Origin: Thecamonas trahens ATCC 50062
Lineage: Eukaryota > Protista > Apusomonadida
Direction of reading: 5' to 3'
DNA: 64,000 nt
NCBI RefSeq assembly: GCF_000142905.1
Contig: NW_013657631.1
Coordinates: 62,001-126,000 of the forward strand
The notes below the pieces were generated by a model. The model worked only from the letters and a program-made list of their open reading frames with translations. It was not told where the DNA came from and did no database searches. A program made the position numbers and the translations under genes. This document shows, in pieces, positions 39,652-51,073 of the stretch (its first letter is position 1; each line of letters begins with the position of its first letter).

Positions 39652-40587
39652 ATGTCCAAGGTGCTGGGCTTCCTCAAGGGGAAGCGAGTGGAAGTGGAGG
39701 TCAACTACCGGTCGACAGGGCGGGAGGACAAGACGGTAGGCTCGGAGACGCTGCCGGTCTTCCTCGGCGACCAGGCTGTGGTCGGAAGCGTCGTCGTCAA
39801 TGCCAAGAAAAAATTCGAGCACCTGGGCATCCAGTGCGAGTTTGTGGGCCAGATCGAGCTCTCGCACGCGCGCGGCAAGCCGGTAGTCTTTATCTCCGAC
39901 TCGATCCAGTTGGCTAAGGAGGGCACGCTCGACGGCTCGCAGTCGTTCGACTTCAATTTCGATGACGCCGACAAGAGCTACGAGAGCTACAACGGCATCA
40001 ACGCCCGCCTCCGCTACTTTGTCCGCGTCACCGTCCTCCAAAAGTACGGCGACGTGGTCAAGGAGGCCGACCTGTGGGTCATCAACTACCAGGCCGCGCC
40101 CGAGGAGAACCGTGGCATCAAGATGGAGGTCGGCATATCCGAGTGCCTGCACATCGAGATCGAGTACGTCTCCACCAAGCACCACCTGCAGGACGTTGTC
40201 ATCGGCAAGATCTACTTCCTCCTCTCGCGCATCAAGGTCAAGCACATGGCGGTCTCGCTCGTCCGCAGAGAAACTGTTGCTGTCGGCAAGGAACATGTCT
40301 CGGAGCGCCGCATCCTCGCAAAGTACGAGATCATGGACGGCGAGCCTGTCCGCGGCGAGTCCATTCCCGTCCGCATCTTCCTTGGCGCCTACCCGCTCAC
40401 TCCGACCTACCACAAGGTTGAGAACAAGTTCTCGCTCCGCTACTACCTCTCGCTTGGCATCATCGATGCCGAGGACCGCCGCTACTTTAAGCAGCACGAG
40501 ATCGTGCTCTGGCGCCGCCCAGAAGAGGCCACCCAGGACCGCCGCGGCCTCGAAACCTACCGCTCGGCCCTCACCATGCTCAAGTGA
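39652..40587 (+). CDS. VPS26: Retromer subunit VPS26
   Basis: EHLGI..EFVGQIEL, KSYESYNGINARLRYF, IKMEVGISECLHIE, GKIYFLL, KYEIMDGEPVRGESIPVRIFL and RRYFKQHEIVLWR. Confidence 0.97.
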   Translation: MSKVLGFLKGKRVEVEVNYRSTGREDKTVGSETLPVFLGDQAVVGSVVVNAKKKFEHLGIQCEFVGQIELSHARGKPVVFISDSIQLAKEGTLDGSQSFDFNFDDADKSYESYNGINARLRYFVRVTVLQKYGDVVKEADLWVINYQAAPEENRGIKMEVGISECLHIEIEYVSTKHHLQDVVIGKIYFLLSRIKVKHMAVSLVRRETVAVGKEHVSERRILAKYEIMDGEPVRGESIPVRIFLGAYPLTPTYHKVENKFSLRYYLSLGIIDAEDRRYFKQHEIVLWRRPEEATQDRRGLETYRSALTMLK

Positions 40588-40659
40588 TCGCCGTTTGGGC
40601 TTGTGCCCCAACCGCCGCGCTAAACCTGTAAAAACAAGGCCGTGCTCGAGCTCGGCGAT

Positions 40660-41598
40660 TCAGTCCACATACCAGTGCAGGAACAAGACCGTGAACGAGG
40701 CGCCGATGAGAAACGCAAGCATGTAGATGCGATACGAGACCGAGGACTCGCGGTACTTGCGGAGTTCAGTGTTGCCGGTCTCCATGTTGGCCACAGACAC
40801 CGACGCGTTGTGCAGCAGTGCGTCAATGAGCTCCGCCTGCTCAGAGAGCCGCGAGGCCATGACCGAGTGCAGCTCGTGGATGTGAACCATCTTGCGCTCG
40901 GCCTCGCGGACTTGGTCCACCATTGTGGCCACCTCGTCGGCCAGTGCCCGGTTCTCCACCGCGAGTTGTGCCGCGAGCGCTGGCGACGTGCTCGCCGCCA
41001 CGCTCGCGCCCACCGCATCGGTAGCAAAAAACGATTCGGCCGCGATCTCGAGAGGCTCAGCGCCCATCAGAGGATCGTATGCACTCGCTCCTGCTCCTGT
41101 TCCGCTCCCCGCGCCCCGCGCCCCGCACGCCAGCGTCGCCACGTCCAGCTGCAACCGTGCCTTCTGCGCCGCCGCTCCCGCCCGCGCTGCCCGCAGCGCC
41201 TTGAGCTCCTCGTCAACCTCGAGCATCTTGCCGTTGAGCGCGCGGAGGACCGAGAGATGGAAGGCTCGCAACGCCGGCGGAACTGCAGCCTCGGCCTTGG
41301 GCGACGAGATCCGTCCAGCGAGAGCGTCGAGCTCGGCGCAGAGCGTATGCAGCGCCGTCTCGAGCGCTTTGTCCACTCCATCCTTTTCAGCCTCGGTCGT
41401 CGGAGCGCCCTCACGCAGCGCCTCCATTCCGGACTCCATCTCCACAAGCGTTCCGTACATGGCCAGCGTCGCGTCCGAGAACCCGCTCCGTGCCCGCCGC
41501 GCCTTCCTCATCATTGTCTCGCCCACCGCCCGCCCCTCTTCCCGTGCCTGCGCCCGCGCCGCAGCCCGAAACGCCTCCAGCCGGTCCACGCCACCCAT
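40660..41598 (-). CDS. Qa-SNARE, syntaxin-18/Ufe1-like
   Basis: SNARE heptads with central Q (LSEQAELID..NMETGNTEL) and C-terminal TM ending FTVLFLHWYVD. Confidence 0.8.
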   Translation of the reverse strand: MGGVDRLEAFRAAARAQAREEGRAVGETMMRKARRARSGFSDATLAMYGTLVEMESGMEALREGAPTTEAEKDGVDKALETALHTLCAELDALAGRISSPKAEAAVPPALRAFHLSVLRALNGKMLEVDEELKALRAARAGAAAQKARLQLDVATLACGARGAGSGTGAGASAYDPLMGAEPLEIAAESFFATDAVGASVAASTSPALAAQLAVENRALADEVATMVDQVREAERKMVHIHELHSVMASRLSEQAELIDALLHNASVSVANMETGNTELRKYRESSVSYRIYMLAFLIGASFTVLFLHWYVD

Positions 41599-41802
41599 AC
41601 CCAGCCACCTCCTTGCTGCACAGCTTGCACAAGAGTCAGCTGCCCGGTCCCAAGCCTGGGCTCGAACCCAAGCCCCACCTCCCGACGGGCGCCGGCCAGC
41701 CCCAACTCAGCTCACAATCGAGCGCCCGCTGTGGCCTTCTCAGGCAAGCCAGAAATATCTCGGTCTACACTGGCACGATTCTGGGCTACACGTCAATCAA
41801 AA

Positions 41803-42731
41803 TTGACTGCCCCCCTCCCCTCATACCTGTCAAGCTACGCTGCGATGCGAGCTGGCCACCTGGCCACCACCGTCTACGTAGAGGCCGTCTCGTACCTGGC
41901 CACCGTCCAACACATGGAACAACTTCACCATCGTACTCCCTCCCCCAATCTCGCTCCCCTTCAAACTTCGCTCCCACATCTCTCTCTCCCCCCCCCCCCC
42001 CTCCTCTTCCTCCCTTTCTTTCCTTTCGTTGTAGCTCTGCACCAGGCACGCGTCGATTCACGTGCCGCTTGCTGGCACAAAGGAGTTGCGCGTGCGGCTG
42101 AGGTTGACCGACATGCGCTCCACGGCTTGACCTCGTCGGCACAGCGTGTATTCTACACACCACAGCTGGCCACAGCTAGCAAAAAACCACAGCCAACAAG
42201 CTTAAGAGGTCCACGCGCAGCCGTCTCCCACCCCTCACGGTCTGGTCTAGCCGCGGCCTTTGTCCTTGACTGGCAACGAGCTGAGCTCGGAACAGGTCGC
42301 GGTGGTCGATTGACAGGCCAAAAAAACGCCCTTTGCTGGCTGGCTGGCGCAAGTGCGCTTTCGCGAGTCACCGCCGACACACCACCGTGGTACCGCAACA
42401 CCCGCACCACTCGACTGGCGTTTGCCGCAGTAGGAGGTAGAAGAGGGCCTACGGGTACTGCCCACACTACCTACAGTACGTAGTCTTGGTTTCCAGTGCC
42501 CCTGACCGTGTGTCTCTCCCCTCCCTCCCCCCCCCCCCCCTCCCCCTCCCCTCCCCCCCCCTCCTCGCCCCTCGTCCGCCCCTCCTCGCCCCTTCTTTTC
42601 CTCCTTGTTGACTTGCCACGTAAGTCTCCCCGCGCTGCCACGAGAGCGCGACCGTGCTTGGCCCCCCTGGCAGCGAGCAAGTAGGAGTGCAGGTCGCGTC
42701 CACGACACTCACCCGCGCTAATTCTGGTCAA
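41803..42731. promoter_or_regulatory. Second W-box (TTGACY) cluster, 6 sites, in the syntaxin/PPR divergent region
   Basis: Sites at 41803, 42104, 42127, 42266, 42608 and 42726. Confidence 0.4.
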
Positions 42732-42874
42732 TTTGGCCCATTCTCCTTCAAAAACTTGGCTCTCGTTTGCCAACCTGTTTTTGGTTGCTCGTCTCACATC
42801 GAACCGAAAGGAGGCCATTTTCTCACCGACCGACAGGCAGCAGACCAAGGGCAACTTCACGCTCACTTGCCGCT

Positions 42875-43708
42875 ATGGCGGACTCTCAAAGAGGAGCTTG
42901 GGGCATGAATGGAGGGGGAAGCCTATGGGGTGCACCGTCAGGTGGCCCAGGTGTACCTCCGGGCACATGGGCCCCACCAAGCGCCGCCCAATCGGGTTGG
43001 CCGACTGCGACAAACCCACGTGGGTCGTCGCCGGCCGCGCAAGGCGCAGGCTTGCCGTCCACAGGCGCAGGCAGCGGCCGCCAACCAGGCTCTCGCACCG
43101 GTAGCAGTGCAGACGGTCATGGTAGCCGCTTTGCCCATAGCTTTGATGCCGGTGCTGTCGGCAGGCAACAAGCCGCCCAAGGCGGCGGTGGTGGAGGCCG
43201 CCCGCGCTACCCGGCACGTGCGAGTTCGCACTCCCGCAAAAGCCGCACCACTCCACCGGCTTCTCCTACCGAGCCCACCACTCCGGGCGCCCGCAGACGC
43301 GGCAATCAGCGCTCACACCATCCAGGGCCTCCGGGCACTCTAAGCGCACCTGCCCACAACTCGGCCGACTCACGAGCCGGTGGCAAAACCGGCGGTAGAG
43401 CCGGAAACGCCAGCCCTGACTTTTGCAACACTAGCTACTCTGGCAAAGCAAGCCGCCGGCCTGGCGCAAATGCCGAGGCTAGGCAGGTTGGCGGCAGGAG
43501 CGGCCGCCGTCGCGGTAATGGTGACGGCAACAGCAATGGCAATGGCAATGGCAATGGCAATGGCAATGGCAATGGCAATGGCAACTCGAACAGCTATGAC
43601 GGTCGCAGCAACGCCAAGGGTGGCGGCGGCCGGAGCAGCAAGAACAGCCGGCGCAATAGGTCCGGCAAGGCACGGAACGGCTCGAGCAACAAGAACAGCA
43701 ACAACAAG

Positions 43709-43745
<37 letters not shown>

Positions 43746-46054
43746 GCAACAACAAGAGCAAGAACAAGAACAGCTCCAACAACCTTTCCTCAACTGCATC
43801 GACCACAGCTACTGGCGGACCGGGGCGATGGGGAAGGCGGGCCGGCAAAGCGCCGTCGGCCGAGGCGCTGCGCAACCCGGGCAAAGAGTTGTCACGGCTG
43901 GTGAGTAAGCGCGACATAGAGGGCGCTGAGGCCCTCATGTCGTGGCTCAAGGTCAACGGCCCGCCGCCGGGCCTCATCATGTATTCCAAAATGATGCGTG
44001 GCTACACTCGCATCGGCGAGATGGACAAAGCCGAGGATCTTCTCCGCGAGATCGTCGACGTTGGCCACACTCCACACGACGTAGTGTACAACACCCTCAT
44101 GCAAGGCTACGCCGAGGCCGGCCTCATGGACGAGGCCGAGCGCGTCATGCACCGTATGGTCGACGCAGACGTCCTCCCCGACGACTTTTCGTTCAACATC
44201 CTCGTCCTCGGCTACACCCGCCGCCTTAAGATGTCCGAAGCCGAAGCCATCCGCACGCGCATGGAGGCCGCAGGCCTCACTCCGGACCGCTACACGCTCA
44301 ACGCCCTGCTCAAGGGCCACCTCCGCTCCAGCAACCCGGTCGGCGTCCGCGACATCCTGCACGACATGCAGCGGCTCGGCGTCAAGGGGGAGGTGGAGCT
44401 CACCGAGTCGGCCCGCAAGTTTCTGGCTGACATGCCGCCGCAGCACGGTATGCAGGTCTCAGGTAGCTCGGCCGACCTCCCGCGGGCAATGTCTATCTCG
44501 TCGGCCGGCTCTGCCATGTCAACCTCGTCGCTCGCTCCGCTCAACCTGTCCGGCTCGTCACTCATCCACTCGTCGTCAGGTGCCACCACCTCGAGCGCCT
44601 CACTCGTTAGCGCATCGACAAGCGGCACCTCGCTCTCGTCGTCGACCCGCGATCCAGCCGACGTAGGCTCGCCATCCTCGCTCCGTGCCCAAGCCGCCAT
44701 CGAAGCAGGCACTCGCACCCTCCCGAAGCCACTCTCGCTCGACGTCACCCGCCCGAGCCGCGGCCAAGCCGGGTCGTTCTCGCTCTCGCCGCGTAAAGCC
44801 CGCGGCGGCGGCAATTCATCGCCCAGCGGGCGTGGCCGTGGCTGTGGCCGCGGCGCTCGCTCGCTCTCGCTCTCGCCGTCGGGCGGCGGTGTTGGCTCGC
44901 CCAAGTCGGCCACCTCGCCGCTGGTGGTTGCCCAGCCCAACTCGAAGCGCACCATCCGCAATTTGCTCAAGGCCGACAAGACCGCCCCCGTCTCGCACAT
45001 TGTCTCCACCATGAAGGCCGAGGGCATCGTGCTCTCGGTCGTCTCGTACACCCAGCTCCTGCGCGGCCTTGCAGAGTCCAAGCGCCTCGACGCTGCTGAG
45101 GAGGTCCTCGCCCACATGAAGGCCGATGGCGTCGCTCCCAACGTCGTCACCTACACCACCCTCCTCAGAGGCTACGCCAAAATGGGCAACACCGCCGCCG
45201 CCGAAGAGGTCCTCGTCCGCATGAAGACGGACGGTGTGGCTCCCAACGACTTTACGTACAACACTCTCCAGCAGGGTTACGTCCGCAAGGGCGCCCTCTC
45301 CGCCGCGGAGACCATCCTGGATCGCATGCGCGCTGACGGTGTCGATCCAGACCTCGTCACGTACACCCAGATCATGACGGGCTACGCCCGTAAGGGCATG
45401 GCCGACGAGGCCGAGGCTGCGCTCGCCGCCATGAAGGCCGAAGGCATCCCTCTTCGTCACTCGGTCTACTTTCCGCTCGCAAAGGCCCATGTCAAGGCCG
45501 GCAACATCGAAGGCGCCCAGAACGTCGTTGTCCGCATGAAGGCCGAAGGCATCGCCGTCACCTCGGAAATCCAGACCCTTGTCGCCAACGCCATCACCGC
45601 TGCGGCTTCGGCGAACTCCTCGCGCTCTCGCTCCCGTGGCTCGTCTGCAGAGGCCACCGCCGCCGCTCTCCGCAAGACTCAGTCGGACCTTGGCGACTCG
45701 TTCCGCCGCGCCAACAACGCCACAAAGTCGCCGCAAAAGGCCAGCCGTCTCGGAAGCTCGGCGCAACTGCCTCGTCCTCCGTCTTCGGCACAGCACTCAC
45801 TGCACCCTGCCACTTCCTCGCTGGCTCGCTCGCAATCGGATCCTGCGACCAACGTCAACTCGGCACTCCACTCGGCACCCGCGCCCGCTGCGACAGCCGC
45901 CCCACAGCCGCCCGCCCTCGTCGACCCCTCGCTCTACCTTGCCGACCTGTGGCCTGTCTCGCATCTCGAACCCACAGCCGTCATCTGCGCGCGAGACCAC
46001 CGCGCCATCGCTTCCCTTCTCACCCGCGGGCATGTCTCCCGCTGGGTCCAATGA
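42875..46054 (+). CDS. Pentatricopeptide-repeat protein with two PPR blocks and long disordered regions
   Basis: 35-aa repeats such as PNVVTYTTLLRGYAKMGNTAAAEEVLVRMKTDGVA at ~43960-44380 and ~45030-45560. Confidence 0.92.
43534..43755 (+). repeat. Coding microsatellites (AATGGC)n = (NG)n and (AAC)n = polyN
   Basis: Directly visible. Confidence 0.9.
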
Positions 46055-46262
46055 ATCGGCTGAAGCGACGGCGCACGGCGCGCACATGTGCGGGAGTTGT
46101 CGCCCGTCAGTCAGTCAACAGTTTTGTTTTTTCACTGCAACCCACGCACTGTTTGCGGCGAAACTACCTCCCCCCCCCCCTCCCTCCCCCCCCCCTCCTT
46201 CCTACCCACACGATCGTATACCTATCTCAACATAGGCTAAACTCACGTAGCAAGCCCAGACT

Positions 46263-49200
46263 ATGTCCCGTACTGCGCTTCTCATTCTTATGGCCACGCT
46301 CCTCGTGGCCATGGCCTCTTGGGCGGACGCACAGGATGTGCCGCGGACGTATTTGGCGGTAACGAAAATGACGCCCATCCATGCAAGCCGCCCTGCCGGG
46401 GCGGGGGTCACCCCGCGCGTTGCGTACGACGACAACTACATCTACATCGCCTCACGTGACGAGGGCAATGGAGGTCGCCTCCTTGTCACTCGCTGCTCTT
46501 TTGAAGGAACTGCATGTTCCTACATCGACGTGTCCGAAGCGGCTGGCCAGGGCGACGACTCGATTCAGCTGCCTTTTCTTCTCGTCACCAACAACACGCT
46601 CTACGTGGCAGGCTCGAATCCAGCTGCCGCTCACAAGCCCGCCATGTACCTTTGCAAGCTGCCGGCAGTTTCGCCGTGCCAGTACATTGACTTGGATCCA
46701 ACCAGCTCAAGCGTGGTCGTCACCGAAGCCCACATCACTGTCCAGCGGACGACCGGGAAATCCTGACAATTTTCAGGGACAAGAGCAACTCCAACTCGTT
46801 CAAGTTCTTTGTCTGCGAGGCCGATGGCTCGTCGTGCCTGGTCAGGCGTGACAACTCGTTCTTTACTACCCACCGCAATGCCATGTACACCCCAGTCATG
46901 ATCTCGCTCAACACCACCGAGTTGGGCGAAGTGCTACAGATCCGTGGCGAAGACCGGTCCCACTGGAGAGGTGGAATCCGGTATGTGGTCGTCAATCCGA
47001 CGACGTACACAACACCAACGGGTACCTCATACGTGAGCAACCTTCTGCGAGCGACGCATCCAAGCTCAATCTCGGTCACCGAGGTTCCTGAACGCGACGA
47101 GGCATGGATCGCGTACACCGGCAACGACAACAGCTACAATTCCAAGCCTGTCAGTCACCTCAACAATCTCCTCGGCATCACACGATGCACCCCCTCTACG
47201 TCCACCCTGAGCTGCAATTCGGGCGGCTACATCGACATCGATGCAGGCCACAACTACGGCGACACCGGGCTCAGCCCGTCCATGATGTTTGATGACGCTG
47301 GCGACAACATGTTTGCCGTCAGCCGCAATGCCGGCGCTGGCGATCGGCTCTTCCTCTGGTCGGCAACCTCGGAGTACGGTCAGGCTCTCGGCGAGGATCT
47401 TTCCGAGGCCGTTGGACGTGGCAATGGGACTGTCTCTTCGGCCCATGCCATCATGGACACCACCCGCCGGTACATCTACTCGGTAGCGGAGAACCCCTCG
47501 AATGGCAATCGCACCGACCTGTTCATCACCGGGCGGATCCCGATCATTATTCCGTTCTTTGGCGAGTGCATCGCCGGCTGCGTGCTCGGCAGCGGCGGTG
47601 GCGCCGTCAACATCTCGGTCCAAGACTTTGTCCTCTCCGCCAACACCATCACGGTCAACGGCGTGGCGCCGTCGACGCTCAACATCTCCGTCAGCCTCGG
47701 TAGCACCGAGGTTGAGGTCTCGCCCTTTGCCTCGCGCCGCCGCAGGCTCCTCACTCGCATCTCCACCCTCGATCTTGTCTTCCCGCCTGGCCAGGAGTAC
47801 GGCTTTCCGGTCATCACCGCCACCAACACTCGGACCGGCGACGTCCAGACGCTCACAGGCCTCGTTGCCATCGATCCAGGTGTTGATGCGGGCTGCGGCG
47901 CCATCGGCCAGTGGTACTCGGGCGGAGTGTGTCTGCCGTGCCCGACCGGAGGAGTGTGCCCCGGCGGCAGCCGGGTCTGGCCGCGCGACGGCTACTGGTC
48001 GGCGTCGGAGCTCGAGGCGCCCGTCAAATGCACCAGCAAGGCATGCTGCGGCGCGATGGGCACCCGCGACGAGTGCCCTGCCCGCGAGCTGGCCTCGGGG
48101 CGACGCGATACTGCGCGATGTGCACCCGGCTCCGGACGCACTGGTCCGTTGTGTGAGGAGTGTGTCTCTCCGGGCTGGTACCGCGACGCCGGCACCTGCC
48201 GCCGCTGCGACTCACAGGATCGCTCCGCGTTTGCCGGCTATGTCACGGCCGCGGTCATCATTGTCCTCGTCGTCTCACTTGCCGTTGCCGTTCTGCCCGG
48301 CATCATGCTCGCCCGCATCGTCGCCCTCGTTGTCGCCACGCAGCAGTTTGTGGCGGTCGGGCGGACGGCGTCGGCGCGGCTGACCGGCGACTCGGGCACC
48401 TCGATCGCTGACGTCTTCCGTGTCCTCTCGGTCGTTCTCTTTGACATCGAAATGATCCAGCCGGCGTGCTACGTCGACTCAACCATCGACTTTGGCGACA
48501 TTGTCCTCGGCATGTTGGCTCTCCTCGCCATCGCCCTCACCTGCGTCACCATCGCCTCGCTCGTCTTTGCTGCCTGCGGTCATTCGGTCGCCGCCCGTCT
48601 GCGGCGGCAGCCGACCAACAACGATGGCGATGACAATGACGATGACAAGGCTGCAACACCAAGCGCGGGCACCAGCTCGGACATCGAGCTCATCTCGGAC
48701 GCTGCTGCCGACTCGGAGTACTCGGAGGAGCAGGAGGCATCGTCCAGCACCGAGAGCCACGACGAGAGTTGGGACGACTCGTTTGCGAGCGCGTCGAAGC
48801 CAGTCACAACTGCCAACATTGGCCAGCGAATCTGGCAGCGGACGTCGATGGCGATCATGGTCCTCGCGTTTCTGGTTTACTACCAGGTTGCGCTGCGGGC
48901 GTGCCAGGCTGTGGCGTGCCAGGAGGAGACAACCGACGCGGCGTCACCTGAGAAGCGGCTCATCATCGAGCTGAGCACGGTGTGCTACGAGGGTTCACAC
49001 ACTACTACCGCCGGCATCGGCTGGGCGCTGCTCATTGTTTTTGTGGCCGGCCTCCCTCTCATCGCGTTCATCGCCCTCACCCGCGAGTACCTTCGCGGGA
49101 GCATCAACTCGCTCGACAATGGCGGCCTCTGGCTGGTGGTCCGCAGCACCAAGCCGCACTTTACTTCTTCCGCCTCGTCTCGCTCCTGCTGTCACTCGCG

Positions 49201-49605
49201 CTCGCTGCCAACCAGGCATCGGCATCGGCGGGTGACACGAAGCTCTTTGTCTCGGGCCTGATCTTCTGCATCAACATGGTCCTCGTCGGCAGCCTGCTTC
49301 CGTTCAAGACCTTGCTCTCCAACCTCGTCCCCATCATCGCTGGCCTCGCCGCGGCCATCCAGATGGCTGTCTTCCTCTCGGTCACCGACAATGCCGACCA
49401 CGCCCTCCTCCATGCCCTCATCGCCATCATTTCCATCTCGGTCGTCGTCGTCGCCGCCGCATTCGCCGCCCGTCGCGCGAAGGGGAACTCGGCCAGCGCC
49501 GATGCCGACGGCAAGTCTCTCTCTACCGATGACGACTACACAATGGCCACTGCATCATCGGCGGCCTCGTCTCTCTCGTCGGCTGTCTCATCGATCAGCT
49601 CGTAG
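46263..49605 (+). CDS. Large surface receptor-like protein: signal peptide, beta-rich ectodomain, Cys-rich module, multi-TM region; two frame breaks (~46755-46760, ~49160-49162)
   Basis: Signal MSRTALLILMATLLVAMASWADA; CLPCPTGGVCPGG..GYW..GRTGPLCEEC; at least 7 hydrophobic segments. ORFs 46263-46766, 46883-49261 and 48982-49605 join with one added base each. Confidence 0.75.
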
Positions 49606-49672
49606 TTTGTTGCGGAGGATCAAGGTAAACGCCGCAGTTTCGGACCACACTTGACGCTCGATTATCGTAGTC

Positions 49673-50694
49673 ATGTCGTCGATCGCAGCATCCATATGGT
49701 TCGGCGATACATTGCGTGGGTGGCGTAGCGGGTCGTCTCGGGTAGCATTTGCCGCAGCGGTGGCGGGGCAGGGGTGGTGGCGGCATGTGTCGGCGCGGCT
49801 GTTGCTCTCCTCCGCGCGCCGATCACTGCTTTGGCCATGGCGCGGATTGTGACCGTGCTGTGGCGATCTGGCCACCGCGGACAGTCCGCCTCCACCGCGT
49901 TTGTCTCGCTCGCCTTTCTCGCCGCCTCCCCCATCTTCGGCGCTCTGCTCTGGCTCTCGCACACCATCAATCCGGGCCGGTGCCTCCTCCCGGCCGAGCG
50001 CAAGATCCTCTCCTCGGGCGTCTGGGCTGCACTATCAGAAGCTGCACACGCACAGGCAGCAACCGAGCTCGCGGAAAACGGAACAGAAGCGACCGAGCTG
50101 ACCGAAGGCAGGAAGAGGAGCAAGAAGAGCAAGAGCGGCGGGGCGCTGCGCGTAAGAGACTTTGATCCACAGGTGGTGGTGGGCATCCGCCGCGAGGCGT
50201 GGATCCCTTGCGTGGTCCACGAGCTCGACGATGTTGTGTGCGACGAGGAGGCGTTCGTACGCCTTCTCAACCGCATGCGCATTCACCAGGGCCATTCACC
50301 GCTGTCGTGGATGATGTGCGTGTGGGACGCGTCGACCTACGGCTTTTCCCTTGCCCACCACATCCACACCTCGTACCGCCGTCCAGGCACCACCACCGCT
50401 GCCTCGTCCGCCAGCCGCTCCGTCCGCCTCACCGCAGAGACTCTCCGCCATGAGTTTGTCCACTCGCTCCAGTCGCTGGCCACATCCCGCGGCGAGCTGG
50501 AGCCCTTTCTTGCTGCCTATGTCGGCGAGATCCTCTTCCTCGCCGCCACCGCCTGCTTGTTTGGCTCTGCCGTCGACCTCTACCACGGCCTCTCCTTTGA
50601 GATCCAGGCCTACGCTCTGGAGGACCTCGTCCCATCGTCACTTATTCGCCCGCGCCGTACCAATCGCCGGGCGCCGTGTCGTCGCATCTCCTGA
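49673..50694 (+). CDS. Membrane protein with HExxH metallopeptidase-like motif; start uncertain
   Basis: N-terminal hydrophobic segments; LRHEFVHSLQ..FLAAY..Y..FEIQAY. ATG 49673 needs one added base at GGGG 49765-49768; otherwise the start is ~49837. Confidence 0.6.
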
Positions 50695-51073
50695 TCTACT
50701 TGCCGTCCTTCTGCCTTGGAGGAGAGCGCTCCGCCTCCCCTCCCCCTCCCCCCCTCCCCCCCTCTCCTTCCTAATATTGCCAACCCGCCCAGCCCGCCAC
50801 ACCTGCTCACTGTACCCTACCCATACCCATACCCAATCTATCAACCCAATCCCCCACCGATCGTGGTCCCCTCGCCGATCCCCGCTCCTCCCTCGTCCGT
50901 CGGCCCCCAAGCCGGCCAACCCACCCAAGCCGCCCGACCCGCCCAACCTGGTGCGCTCACTACTCGACTCACCCCCCCTCACCCTCACCCCCCTCACCCC
51001 CCTCACCCTCACCCCACCCCTCCACCCCCACCCCTCCACCCCCTCCCCTTTCCACCCTCACCCCAATCCCCGC

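Noticed and set aside
43479-43799. Poly-Cys metallothionein-like ORF on the minus strand
   Set aside because: It is the antisense reading of the (AAC)n and (AATGGC)n microsatellites inside the PPR gene.
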